From Lingula anatina (taxonomy: Eukaryota > Animalia > Brachiopoda): 64,000 nt of DNA. A program made the translations under genes and the position numbers. A model generated the notes under the pieces. That model saw only the letters and a program-made list of their open reading frames with translations, had not been told where the DNA came from and did not search any database. The number at the start of each line of letters is the position of its first letter. Position 1 is the first letter of the stretch. The DNA is taken from positions 28,090,848 to 28,154,847 of the forward strand of contig CM120643.1 of assembly GCA_051362555.1 (NCBI GenBank). The letters run 5' to 3'. This document shows positions 1 through 17,022 of the stretch, piece after piece.

Positions 1-457
1 TCAATCTCATGTGACTTATTTTCTTATTCCTTTTTATTTTTATTTCTTTTGTTTCTTTATTTTTCTTACTCAGTACTAAAATATGCACTTTATGGTAAGA
101 TAGCTGGATAAATTGTCTCCTTTGTATATTAACAATGTATCAATTTCTTACTATGGTAAGTTAGTCATATTTTTTTCTATATATGGAAGATGGTGACAAA
201 AATACTCATCTACAGACATCTTTGATTATCAGTTAATTTCTGTTTCATATTATGTTTACAACATGCAATCAAATACATATCAATAGCATATAAATATTGA
301 TATTAATTAAAAAATTAAAAAAATCATACAATTTTTTATTACTTTTATGCATTTTGTTACTCGTGGTTTTTTGTGTTTGGATTGATTTCACTGAGAAGAA
401 AATAAAGACCATCTAGACCTTCTCTTTGAAAAGCAATTACAAATTCTGATATGTTAA

Positions 458-794
458 AGGGATAATAACTCTTCGTATGAGACCTTTATTTCACAATAAA
501 AACCTTGTGAATAACTCATAGAAATATAATATATTCTGTTTTACCAAGAAAACAGCAGTTATAGCTTTTATTCTGATATTTGAACTTGTCTTTAGACCAC
601 GTGACCTCCATTGATGTCTATACTCTGTTAAAATCTCTTAAGAGATTTTAACAAAAAACCAAACTTTTTAGAAAAAAACCAGGGACTGACTTTGAATGTA
701 AAAATGGATTCATTAACCATTGGTAAGTATGGGAAAATTGTTGTTTACTCCAGGAAAATTCATTTTTTGGCCGAAATGAAGAGTTATTATTGCT
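458..794 (+). mobile_element. TTAA-target MITE (Kolobok-like), copy A
   Basis: ttaa|AGGGATAATAACTC...GAGTTATTATTGCT|ttaa; 337 bp; same family as copies B-E. Confidence 0.85.
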
Positions 795-2200
795 TTAACT
801 CTGACAGCTTAATTTTTTTCCTACACATGGAGAAATTATTTTTTTACAAACAAGGTTTTCTACAGAATTTGGTAAAGGTTTCACACAGGATTTAGTCAAT
901 TGACTGGGATAAAATAAAAAATCAGAAAAAAGGATTTTCTTCACTTTCATCATTGCAAAAATTAACTAAATTTTGTAACTCAAGACTATCTTTTAATGCA
1001 TTATGGGCTGAATAATTTCTCTGAAGTAATAAATTTACAAACTAAACTCTCTTGTTTATGATTGGCTAAATTAGGATAAAGTTGGAATAAAGTACACTTT
1101 ATCTTCTAAAATATACTGTTTATTTTCCTAGCATCAAAAAAGTATTACATGTAGGCCCTATCTGCATAAAAACCCTTGGTCCTCTGTTGTGTGTTTTATG
1201 GTTTGTCCATTTGCACACTAACAAAACCATTACAAGAATGACGTCGCAACACGCCAGGCGGGTGCACACCAGTTGCATCTTTTCTGGAGAGCTGAAAATC
1301 ATCGCACTGTCTGCAGGTCATATTGTTCAATAATATACTTAAATCACCAACAAAACGCCATGAGTCTAATTATTTTAACTTTTTGTGAAAGAAGAGAATT
1401 GTTTTCAGCATACAAATCACGGTAACTTGGCCCTGGGTGATCGGAAACCAATGCTGAAGAAGGCAATGTCTTGTTGCACACATCGTAACCATGTGACAAA
1501 TCATCACAATACACTTTGTGGTCAAAATGCAAACCATTGTGATTATTTTCCGTTAGATAAGATCATGTCACTGCTATACAAGCCTTACTAAAACGTTCTT
1601 TTCTATCCCTTCTTCACGTAATTTCTTACATTGCGGCATTTGTAAACAAAGTCGCAAGTGGGTACTTTGCGTCGTAAAAGACCAAACGTTCACAGATACG
1701 CAACGCATTGTTGACATATTCGTAGCGCTTCGACCAAAATAACATCAAAGATTTCATACTGATTTCTTAAAAGGGTGAATTTCGTTTTTTATTGCATGTT
1801 ATATGTTTATCATTAGCCGCTATCGCAAAAAACTACTCATGCGCGAAATCTGCGCAGATCGCAAATAAGGTAATATGAGAGAACGTCCTTAATGCAAAAG
1901 TAAGTACGGGATAAAAAATTGATCACATCATTTTGTTAGGTGACCGTTTCCAATAGTGCTGGTGGGCGAACAAAGCTTTTAAGAATGAACTATTTAAGTC
2001 ATGCTCCATAATGGTATTTGGATTATGCGAAAAAATCAATGAAAAATGAAAGATAATTAAATAAACATGAAAGTATATTAACGTTTCCAAACATTTGATT
2101 GCATGTAGTACTCAAAATGAACGTCAAACGTATCCCGTTTTCTATAGGTAATGTTTAATCAAATAGTGTTTACATGAAATTTACTGATCGTCATCTTTAA

Positions 2201-7665
<5,465 letters not shown>

Positions 7666-8282
7666 GAACATGGCGTTAAAGCATAATAAGGGTTCACCTT
7701 GACGAAATAGCAACATAACTTATTTTTTTCTCTTGCACTGCCTTGAGGTTTTTTTAAGTAAAAGACCAGATAAATGCCTACATTTAAAACATGATAAATC
7801 CAAAATTGCATTTTCCATGAATATAAACACTCTGGCATAAATTACCTTGCCTCTTACCACTGCTTTATCCTAACTAAACCCCTGTTTATATGCATATCTA
7901 TACTTTTTATATATCCAAAATGGCCGCCAACAGTTAGCGGTTACAATTGGCTAATATATTCAAGTATTTCGCTTTTCAGACATATTGTAGAGCTCATTAC
8001 ACAAATAAAATGTTTTTCTCTGTCTTAGGTACTATGTTGTTTGCAACTTTTGAAATTATAGGTATATATGGTTTTACAAAATGGCTGCAAAATCCAACAG
8101 ATAATTATAAATGCCATTAAAAAAATTATCGTAATACATATATTTTTTTCTCTTCTGGGTCACAGTCGGGGTAAAGAAATAGGCAAGTACAAGGCAAGAT
8201 GATACAATCAAATAACCAGAAATGTCACACTAATGCTAAGAAACAAGTCAAAACACTCTTAAAACTGATCAGTTAAACTTAA

Positions 8283-8617
8283 AGGATCAACAACTGTTCA
8301 TTTTGGCCCAAAAATGGATTTTCCTGAGGTAAAGGACATTGTTCCCATACTAACTTATGGTTTATGAATCCATTCCGACATTCATAGTTAGTCCTTGTTT
8401 TTTTCTAAAAAGTTTGATTTGTTTGTAATATTCTCCTTAGATACTATAACAGAGTGTAGCCATCTATGTAGGCCACGTGATGTGATAGCAAGCACAAGTT
8501 CCAAAATTATTGCTTTAACCACCATTTTTGTCGTAAAATAGAATTTTATTATATCTCTATGATTTGTTTAAGTGTTTCTTGTGAAATATGGGTAAAATAC
8601 TCACATTTGTTATCCCT
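8283..8617 (-). mobile_element. TTAA-target MITE, divergent copy C
   Basis: ttaa|AGGATCAACAAC...GTTATCCCT|ttaa; colinear with copy B but more diverged. Confidence 0.7.
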
Positions 8618-8949
8618 TTAACCGAAAGTACGTTCAGTATAAAACGATTCACTCTGTCTATCCAATAAACATACATCCAATAAATATTCCGTTCAGCTAA
8701 CTGTATCAAAACCAGTTGGTCCAAACGGCTAACATTTCTGCTAGTTTTAAACAATACATTCTCATATAGATATGACTACTTCAATTATAACCGTTTATAT
8801 ACGGTTGCTTTCAATCAGTTACTGGTAACTGACCAAAATGGTTAATCTTAGCTGAATTGATTGGTTCAAAACAATATACTGGATTCAGTTATGATCTACC
8901 TGTTCATGTTGTGTGATGGAAATATGTGGTTCAAAACAACTGAATTTAA

Positions 8950-9232
8950 AGGCCCCGTCACACTAGGGGCGGAATGAACAAGAATGCCGTCGGAAATTTC
9001 TGGATATTCGAAGAGCATTCTAAAATTTCTGAGTGCATTCCAAATATTTTTACCCATTCTCGTGACTGGCCCGAATGTTTTGCTCATGCTCAAAATTTTC
9101 GAAGTGCATTCCAAGTGGAAAATTATCGAATGGCACTTGAATAGTATTCTAACTGCACTATGACTGCATTCTAAATATTATCACGGCATTCCGACAGCAT
9201 TCGAAACATTCTGATAACATTAGAGGAATATT
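8950..9232 (+). mobile_element. One end of a PIF/Harbinger-like non-autonomous DNA element
   Basis: Starts AGGCCCCGTCACAC after ttaa, followed by dense GAATG/CATTC subterminal motifs. The second end was not found. Confidence 0.4.
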
Positions 9233-9911
9233 CGAAAGGGGGGGGGGGGTCTTTAGTCCCTTCACCAACCTAAGTGGACATCTTGGGCAAGTGTTGTGTC
9301 TCCTCCCCCCCAACTCTGACAAGGGGTATGTGCTTATTGCCTTGCTGGCGGCTAAGTATAGGCCAAAGGCTGTACATGTATATGGAGTGAACCCCAACAG
9401 CAAATCCACGATGGAGCAACGATAGGTGGCATGTTGGAGCAAACGTGGCATCAAAAAGCTATTTGGAAACGGCTGGAAAATCCAACATTGAACAAGACAG
9501 GAGACCTCTCGCATATATAGGACAGCTAGCTAGGGCACCGGTGATATTTCCTGGCCGTGTGGCATAAGATGACCAGTCCATTCAGGTCATTAACCTAGTG
9601 AAAGTTCTCAGATTGAGACTGCAGCGTCGGTCACTTGCTAAATGTAAGTTCCAGTATCAGAGTTATTCATATGTATCATTCATTATTTATTATCCATTAT
9701 TCTACCGGATGACTATAACAACATCACTTATATATAACCCATCTTGTTAAGAAAAAAATTGAAGTTATATTAAAGTTGGAGATTCATCAAAGGTTCTAAA
9801 GTTATGTCTTTGTATCAGCTGAACGCGTGTTTAGACACGGTTGTGCCTCCTAACTATAATCTTCCTAATAAAACCTGTTATCTAGAATCAAAGAGATATA
9901 TTTTCTGCCTC

Positions 9912-10071
9912 CGTATACCTGCATTACTGGTAGCATTTGCTTTCTCTATGTCACCAGAAATCAACCTGGCTTGCGACAGTGGATGAAAATGCGTATACCC
10001 GCATTACTGGTAGCATTTGCTTTCTCTCTGTCACCAGAAATCAACCTGGCTTGCGACAGTGGATGAAAATG
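9912..10071. repeat. Tandem duplication, 2 x 80 bp
   Basis: cgtatacc...gacagtggatgaaaatg occurs twice, nearly identical. Confidence 0.9.
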
Positions 10072-10399
10072 GGTTAGTGAGAATTTTAAAGGATAATTTA
10101 CTATAAATCTTTTGTTTTTTATTTTTTGTCAATTTGGATAAATTATGGTTGGACTAATATTTTATTATTTTAATTATGATATTCTGTTTATCATTTATTT
10201 CAAAGAATTTTTTATGCCTTTTTTGTTCTATAAATAAGATTTGATGTTTTTCTTCCCATTCTCAGTTTGCAGTATCTAAAATTAAGCATCTCTCATGTGC
10301 GGGATCAGGTCCGAGCTCGTGTAAACACGCTGTTTATCACAGATTTTGTTCACAAACTGGCATACAATTAACAATACCGAGCAATAACTGCACACTTAA

Positions 10400-10738
10400 A
10401 GTGATAATAACTCTTTGTATGAGATCTATATTTCACAATAAAAACATTGTGAATAACTCATAAAAATATAATATATTCAGTTTTATCACAAAACAGCAGT
10501 TATAGCTATTTTTTCTGATATCTGAGCTTGTCTTTAGACTACGTGACCTCTATTGATGGCTATACTCTGTTAAAATCTCTTAAGAGATTTTAACAAAAAG
10601 CTTAACTTTTTAGAAAAAAAAAACAGGGACTAACTTTGAATGTAAAAATGGATTCATTAACCATTGGTAAGTATGGAAAAAGTGTTGTTTACTCCAGGAA
10701 AATTCATTTTTTGGCCAAAATGAAGAGTTATTATCCCT
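10400..10738 (+). mobile_element. TTAA-target MITE, copy D
   Basis: ttaa|AGTGATAATAACTC...GAGTTATTATCCCT|ttaa; absent at the paralogous site (~51310). Confidence 0.88.
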
Positions 10739-11954
10739 TTAATGCTTTTGTCACAGGGATAAACATTATTCATTATAAATAATAAGATGTTTAATGAGAA
10801 GTTCTTATGATATTTTTGTTCATATTTCAGTTGGTGGGAAGGGCAACCCCCAGGCCAACAGAAGCATGGACTGTGATGCTTTGGTGGCTAAAGTATAGTT
10901 TTCTTCTCTCCTGGCATCTTGAAAAATGATTTTGCCTAAAGTTAATATTGACATGTTGACATACATTTTTCCATTGCAAGTAAAAATAACATTGCACTAA
11001 GTGGACCTCTAATATCCATTTATTCAAAAGTATAATTTATAATTTAATTAAATATTCTTTTTTTAATTGTGTCTTTTTGTCTGCTCCGACTACTTAAATA
11101 AAATCATACTAGACAGTACAACAATTATTCAATCACAAAAAATATATATAAACACGTAAATGGTGTTAAAGTGGAAAGTCGTTGAACTCTGTGACATTGG
11201 TAAAGATGAAAATTGTTGACATCGGTGACATTGCCAAATTTGAAGGCCTTTGATCTCAGTTACATAAGTGTTTTACCTAAGTGAAATTGGAGTTGAAGGC
11301 CATTTACCTTTCTGGTGGTAGTTGATGACACTAACATTGTAGCAAAGTGATGTCTTCTCAGTGGAAAATAACCACATTCTTCTAATGTGAGGGAAACATT
11401 TTAACCAATAGCATTTAACACTGAGGTCGCACAGTGGTAACACTATGTTGACATAATATGTTCATGTGTGAGTGGTTGGATTACTCCTAAATAAAAGTAG
11501 AATACTTAAGTGAGTGTAAATATCATAATGTTACTCATAATGTAACATATCAAGCACCCTGTAATGGAAGGGAGGATGCTGTGAAAGTGCTACATTTTTT
11601 ATAGATAGTCTCCTTTGCAGACTAAAACAAAAATATAATTTTTATAATATAAAATTGCAGTGCACTACAGTGCAAATATTGTTTCTTTTCACTCATCATC
11701 TACACTTGAGCACACATTTTGATGGAAGAATATGCTGTCCATTGTTTTTATATAGCTAGAATGACGATGATAACATGTTGATAACCAAAAGTTTATGTTG
11801 CTGTAATTCCATTAATGGTTACATAGTTGTTGACGCATTTAAGTTATTCTAATGAGGTAGCAGTGTGCAGTTTCATATTTATGACAATTTCTATTAAATA
11901 CTTGTTTAATGTCAAAATGATCATAGATATCTTTGGACTCAAGTGCTTCTAGAA

Positions 11955-12160
11955 CCGACCGGATGGCCTTGTGTTTAGAGTGTCCGGGTCTGGCAGTGGA
12001 GAAATGATACGTTTGTTAGCTCTGAGTGGCTTATATGGCAGCCGGGCTGTATCCTCCCCAGGAAGAGCGACTTTAGAGTGCAACAGGGCCAAACATGACC
12101 AGGCTTCTCTGACTGAATAAATTTCATTTAAAAAGTAAATAAATAAATAAATAAAATATT
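11955..12160 (+). mobile_element. Degenerate SINE-like insertion
   Basis: A-box-like TGGCCTTGTGTTTAG, GC-richer body and (AAAT)n tail; absent from the paralogous block near 54855. Confidence 0.45.
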
Positions 12161-12409
12161 ATATATACTTCAACATTCGGGTTGCAATATTTCAATAAAG
12201 ATTATTATTATTTTTATATAGAGTCTCATCATTCTTTTACATTTTTAAAGAATATAACAAACACCTTCCCACACATTTATAGGGACGTAATTGAAACCCA
12301 TAATTGAAGCATAATTGAAGCAAAATTGAAGTGTTTTAAACCAGAACAATCTTTATTAAACAAAAGGTCATATAGTTCTTTTTAATAAAAAATTTAATTA
12401 AAATTTTGC

Positions 12410-12453
<44 letters not shown>

Positions 12454-13552
12454 TATTATTATTATTGATAAAGAAAAATAAATTATTGTTAAAGGAAATT
12501 TCACAGAGACAAGTAGTATAATGGTAAAAGCTGCGAAGTGGTTTTTAAATTATTAGAGCATTAGTGGAATAACAATTAACGACGCTCAACGAAGACAAAG
12601 CAGTTTACTTGGCAGAGGACTCCTGTGATGCAAGTTAAAGAGCTGATATGAATGCATCTTAACCAAATAACCCTTAGCAAAATGAAAAATTTGCAGCAAA
12701 TTTGCTGCAAACCAAATAGTTTGCAAGAAACTGTTTGCAGGTTGTTGCAAGAAAAATCACAGTTGTTGCAAATTTGCTGCAAATTTGCAGGAAGATTAAA
12801 AGTTTGCAGGTAGTTCGCAAGAAAACTATCATTTTCTAGCGAATTCGCAGCAAATTTGCAAGAAAGCTTCTATTTTCTTGCAAATTTGCAGCAAATTTGC
12901 AAGAAGACCTTCATTTACATAAACGTTTGCTGGAAGTTTGCAAGAAAGACTATACACTGTTGCAAATTTGCAGCAAATTTGCAAGAAACTGCTCATTTAC
13001 ATAAAAGCCTGAAGAAAGTTTGCAAGGATAACTATACCTTGTTGCAAATTTGCAGAAAATTTGCAAGAAAACCTTCATTTACATAACATTTTGCAGGAAG
13101 TTTGCAAGAAAGACTGACATTGTTGCAAATGCAGTAAATTTGCAATACATTCCTCATTTACATAAAGGTTTGCAAGAAACTCAGCTTTTATACACACCAA
13201 ATTAATTCATTTGCAAGAAATTGCAAGAAATTGTTTCATGTTTGCAGCAAATTTGCAAATTCATTTTCACATAAAAATTTGCCTGAGATTTGCAAGAAAG
13301 TCCATACCTTTTTTTTTTTTTTTACTAATATACAGTTAAATTAATGATGTTTGCATTGAGCATGGGTGTTTAGGAAGTGCCATTTTCAAGCCCAGATATT
13401 AGTATTAAGTTTAAAAAAAAAGGCCAAGTTAACTAACAGCTTATGAGAATTTTGCACGAAACTAAGAAATTTATAAACTTTAGTTTATGAGAAGTCTGAA
13501 GACACCTGAAGACATTATCTTAGTTTGCATCAAATTTTCAAGATATTCAGCA

Positions 13553-14094
13553 GTCTACTTACAGTTAGCGATAAGTTTGCAAGAAACTTGGACATAAACT
13601 TACAATTCAGAAGAAGTTTGCAAGAAACTTAGACAATTACTTACAGTTCGCGAGAAGTTTGCAAGAAACTTAGACAATTACTTACAGTTCGCGATAACTT
13701 TGCAAGAAACTTGGACATAAACTTACAATTCACAAGAAGTTTGCAAGAAACTTAAACAATTACTTACAGTTTGCGAAAAGTTTGCAAGAAACTTAGACAA
13801 TTACTTACAGTTTGCAAAAAGTTTGCAAGAAACTTAGACAGTTACTTACAGTTCGCGATAAGTTTGCAAGAAACTTAGACAATTACTTACAGTTCGCGAG
13901 AAGTTTGCAAGAAACTTAGACAATTAATTACACTTCGCAATAAGTTTGCAAGAAACTTAGACAATTACTTACAGTTCGCGATAAGTTTGCAAGAAACTTA
14001 GACATTAACTTACAGTTCGCAATAAGTTTGCAAGAAACTTAGACAATTACTTACAGTTCGCGATAAGTTTGCAAGAAACTTAGACATTAACTTA
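13553..14094. repeat. 41-bp minisatellite (about 13 units) in the transposon subterminal region
   Basis: Unit aagtttgcaagaaacttagacaattacttacagttcgcgat; period measured 13573 to 13614. Confidence 0.9.
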
Positions 14095-16014
14095 CGGTAA
14101 AGTCTTGAAAATTTCGTCGCTTAAAAATTAATTAATATTTTTAATTGTGTAAAAAAAAATTACGCACTTGGCAACGTTTGTTGCATGCAGGGCTTTTCCC
14201 AGGATTAAGTGTCAGGCCTTCTAAAATTACCATCTGTAACTTCCTAAAAATTTACAGGGAGTTAAAATAATTGACGATCATCTGCAATTTAAGTTCCTTG
14301 AACTATTATGAAAACGGCATTTTATTATTGCTTACATCGCAAACGATCTCCCGATGATGATATGAAAATTGCCTTTTCGTCTCACTCGGATCGCGAACGA
14401 TCTCCCTCTGACGATCTTACGCGAACAACGTCCTGACGATATTACGCAAACGATTCTTCGCCGAAGATATGCCGTGAGCAGGGAAGGGGGGGGGGGGGGG
14501 GTTAAAGATAAAATGAAAAATATATATCATTTATAAAATTCAAAGGGGGAGGGGGGTTAAAATAATGATCTCCTGCTGACGATCTTCCACGAACGATGTT
14601 CCCTTGAACTAATATGAAAATTGCATTTTATTCTCGCTTACTATACATCGCGAACGAACTCCCTCTGACGATCTTACATAGCGAACAAAGTCCTGAGGAT
14701 ATTACGCGAACGATTCTCCGATGAACATATGCCGTGAGCGGGGGAAGGGGGGGTTAAAGATAAAATGAAAAATATATGTTGTTTATAAAATTCAAAGGGG
14801 GAGGGGGGGGGTTAAAATAATGATCTCCCGCTGACGATCATCTGCAATTTAAGTTCCTAGAACTATTATGAAAACTGCATTTTATTATTGCTTACATCGC
14901 GCACGATCTCCCGATGATGATATGAAAATTGCCTTTTCGTCTCACTCGGATCGCGAACGATCTCCCTTTGATATGACCTTATGCGAACAAAGTCCTGATG
15001 ATCTCCGCCGAAGATATGCCGTGAGTGGGGAAGGGGGGGTTAAAGATAAAATGAAAAATATATATTATTTATAAAATTCAAAGGGGGAGGGGGGTTAAAA
15101 TAATGATCTCCTGCTGACTATCTTCCACGAACCTAAGATCTAATAAACGGATATATGGTATATTAGATCTTAGCACGAACGAAGTTCCCTTGAAAATATG
15201 AAAAGTGCATTTTATTCTCGCTTACATCGCGAACGATCTCCCGCTAAAGATATGAAGATTGCCTTTTCGTCTCTCTCGAATCGCAAACGATCTCCCGCTG
15301 ATGATCTTACGCGAACGGAGTCCGCTACAAATATGAAAATTATTTTCTCGTCTCGTTTGGATCGCGAACGATCTGTTGACGATATTACGCGAACGATTCT
15401 CCGCTGAAGATATGAAAATTGCCATCTCGTCCCATTCGCATTGCGAACGATCTCCATGTTCCAGCCAGGTAATCGTTAAATGGTCCTAAATTGAACATGG
15501 CCATGAATAGAAGTGACAGGTACATTTCCCTTCGAGATAATATCTTGATTTTTTCATTGTGTCTTCCTCATTTAGGACAGCCGCCGATAACAATAACGGC
15601 GATACAAATGACAGAGCCGCAGCCTGTGACTTCTATTTGCCGCCTTGAGCCAGGTAATAGTAATAAAACTAAAGACAAAAGGCCGACGTTCCCGCAATTG
15701 AGAACGGGAATTCACATCTAAACCATCTATATTGTGAATGACCGCTCGCAGGGGCGCACTATTGTTCCTATCTCCCATTGAGAGTGTTATCGGCAATGAT
15801 ATCCTGATCGTATCATTGTCTTGAATCAACTGATGCATTACCTTTATGTTTGAGCTGGACATCGCGGCCATATTTGGCGACGAACTTTTCAAAAATTATC
15901 GAGTACCTCATTTTCAAGGTCGACGAAGTTTTCAAAGGGAAAAAAAATTACGTCTGTGGAAAATAGTCGGCCGACGAAATTTTCAAGAACGACGAAATTT
16001 TCAAGACTTTACCG
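14095..16014. mobile_element. 1.9-kb non-autonomous TA-target DNA transposon (Tc1/mariner-type TSD)
   Basis: 25-bp perfect TIR CGGTAAAGTCTTGAAAATTTCGTCG with TA duplicated on both sides. It interrupts a minisatellite unit exactly (ctta|...|tacagttcgc) and has internal tandem repeats with a CGCGAACGATCT motif. Confidence 0.85.
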
Positions 16015-16033
16015 TACAGTTCGCAAGAAGTTT

Positions 16034-16091
<58 letters not shown>

Positions 16092-16509
16092 TTGCTTACA
16101 GTTTGCAAAAAAACTTACAAGAATAGAAATTTACTTGTTTTTCTGAAGTAAGCAAGATATAGGCATTTGAAAACTTCTTTTCCATTCTCGAAACCATCCT
16201 TACTCAAACTATCAAAATTGTACTAAAAAAAAAAGTTCATGTACAGTTATGGATTTTGCCCACTTTTTGGCCAAATTTATTTATTTGCTTAACCCCACAT
16301 AAAAAAAAATAGTTCCAAAGGCTTATATAAATGATTATTTATTTATTATAACATTTGTATATGATATCATTTAAGTTCTTATGTATTATAATCAAATTAA
16401 TACTTTGATTTACTGCTTATAAAACCGAGTAACCAGGATGATGTTAAGATTTCATTTCATGATTTAGCAAATTTGGAGCAATACTGAATTATGATGTAAC
16501 CCACCAACT

Positions 16510-17022
16510 ATCAATGAACATAAAAATCAACACTACAGGGGATGACATTCCTGAGAAGTACTTCTTAAAAACAAATAAACTCTTTTGCCCAGGGCCAGTT
16601 TGCAAACCAGTGTACACTGATGTGTATGAGAAGATCACTTAATTGACTTCCAGTAATTGCATGGGCAGTGGCATACAGAAAAATGAGCAAAATACTAAGG
16701 TGCACTGTCAAGTTATGATCAGGGTAAATTGGTTTGTCACCTGGGTCATCACAGGTACCGTATCTCCATTGAAATCATCATCACTGTCACTATAATCACC
16801 ATCACAGTGCACTTCATTACTCAACTCTTCTTCCGTATAAGAGAAGTTAGGACCACAGTTTTCTTTGCCATTGTCATTTTCACAAACTTCTTTTAGTTGT
16901 GTTATTGTGTCAGTTATGTCACATATAGCTGTTGCTTTAATATTCTGTACATCCAACTCTTTGGCATTCTCAGGATAAGGTCTTTATCTCTTGGGTCTCA
17001 CTCTACCAAGTTGGTCAGCCAT
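16510..17022 (-). pseudogene. N-terminal remnant of a probable EnSpm/CACTA transposase
   Basis: MADQLGRVRPKR*RPYPENAKELDVQ, an acidic tract, then a frameshift into KPIYPDHNLTVHLSILLIFLYATAHAITGSQLSDLLIHISVH, and another into LQTGPGQKSLFVFKKYFS. The pattern resembles animal EnSpm transposase N-termini (recognised from memory). Confidence 0.55.

Larger units (their letters stand above)
9514..10898 (+). pseudogene. Damaged gene for a small Cys-rich, probably secreted peptide (copy 1)
   Basis: TATA-like motif 9514-9519 and a GTAAGT donor at 9644. Exon from 9886 encodes a signal-like (K)RYIFCLRIPALLVAFAFSMSPEINLACDSG*KW and carries an 80-bp duplication. Exon from 10273 encodes SKIKHLSCAGSGPSSCKHAVYHRFCSQTGIQLTIPSNNCT and is cut by a MITE at 10400. 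Terminal exon 10831-10898 encodes GGKGNPQANRSMDCDALVAKV*. Splice phases are compatible. Confidence 0.55.

Noticed and set aside
692-895. Recurrent ORF MNVKMDSLTIGKY (also 6439-6861)
   Set aside because: It is part of the non-coding MITE and diverges immediately beyond the element end.
1100-1892. Signal exon of gene 1, or a complete element ending GAACGTCC|TTAA
   Set aside because: No match to the signal exon. Only one Kolobok-like end is visible, so it was not annotated.
7666-8300. Transmembrane, CUB or ZP exons that would make these true DMBT1 or CD163 orthologs
   Set aside because: Both genes stop two residues after the last SRCR cysteine and no such exons were seen, so no gene symbol was assigned.
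12576-13086. CKFAANLQ-repeat ORFs (also 27807-28319)
   Set aside because: They are translations of palindromic subterminal repeats of the transposon.
13553-14094. Regularly spaced repeats resembling a CRISPR array (also 61865-62098)
   Set aside because: The units are contiguous with no unique spacers, there are no cas genes, and the context is eukaryotic.
15846-16151. Poly-Lys ORF
   Set aside because: It runs through a TIR and a poly(A) tract.
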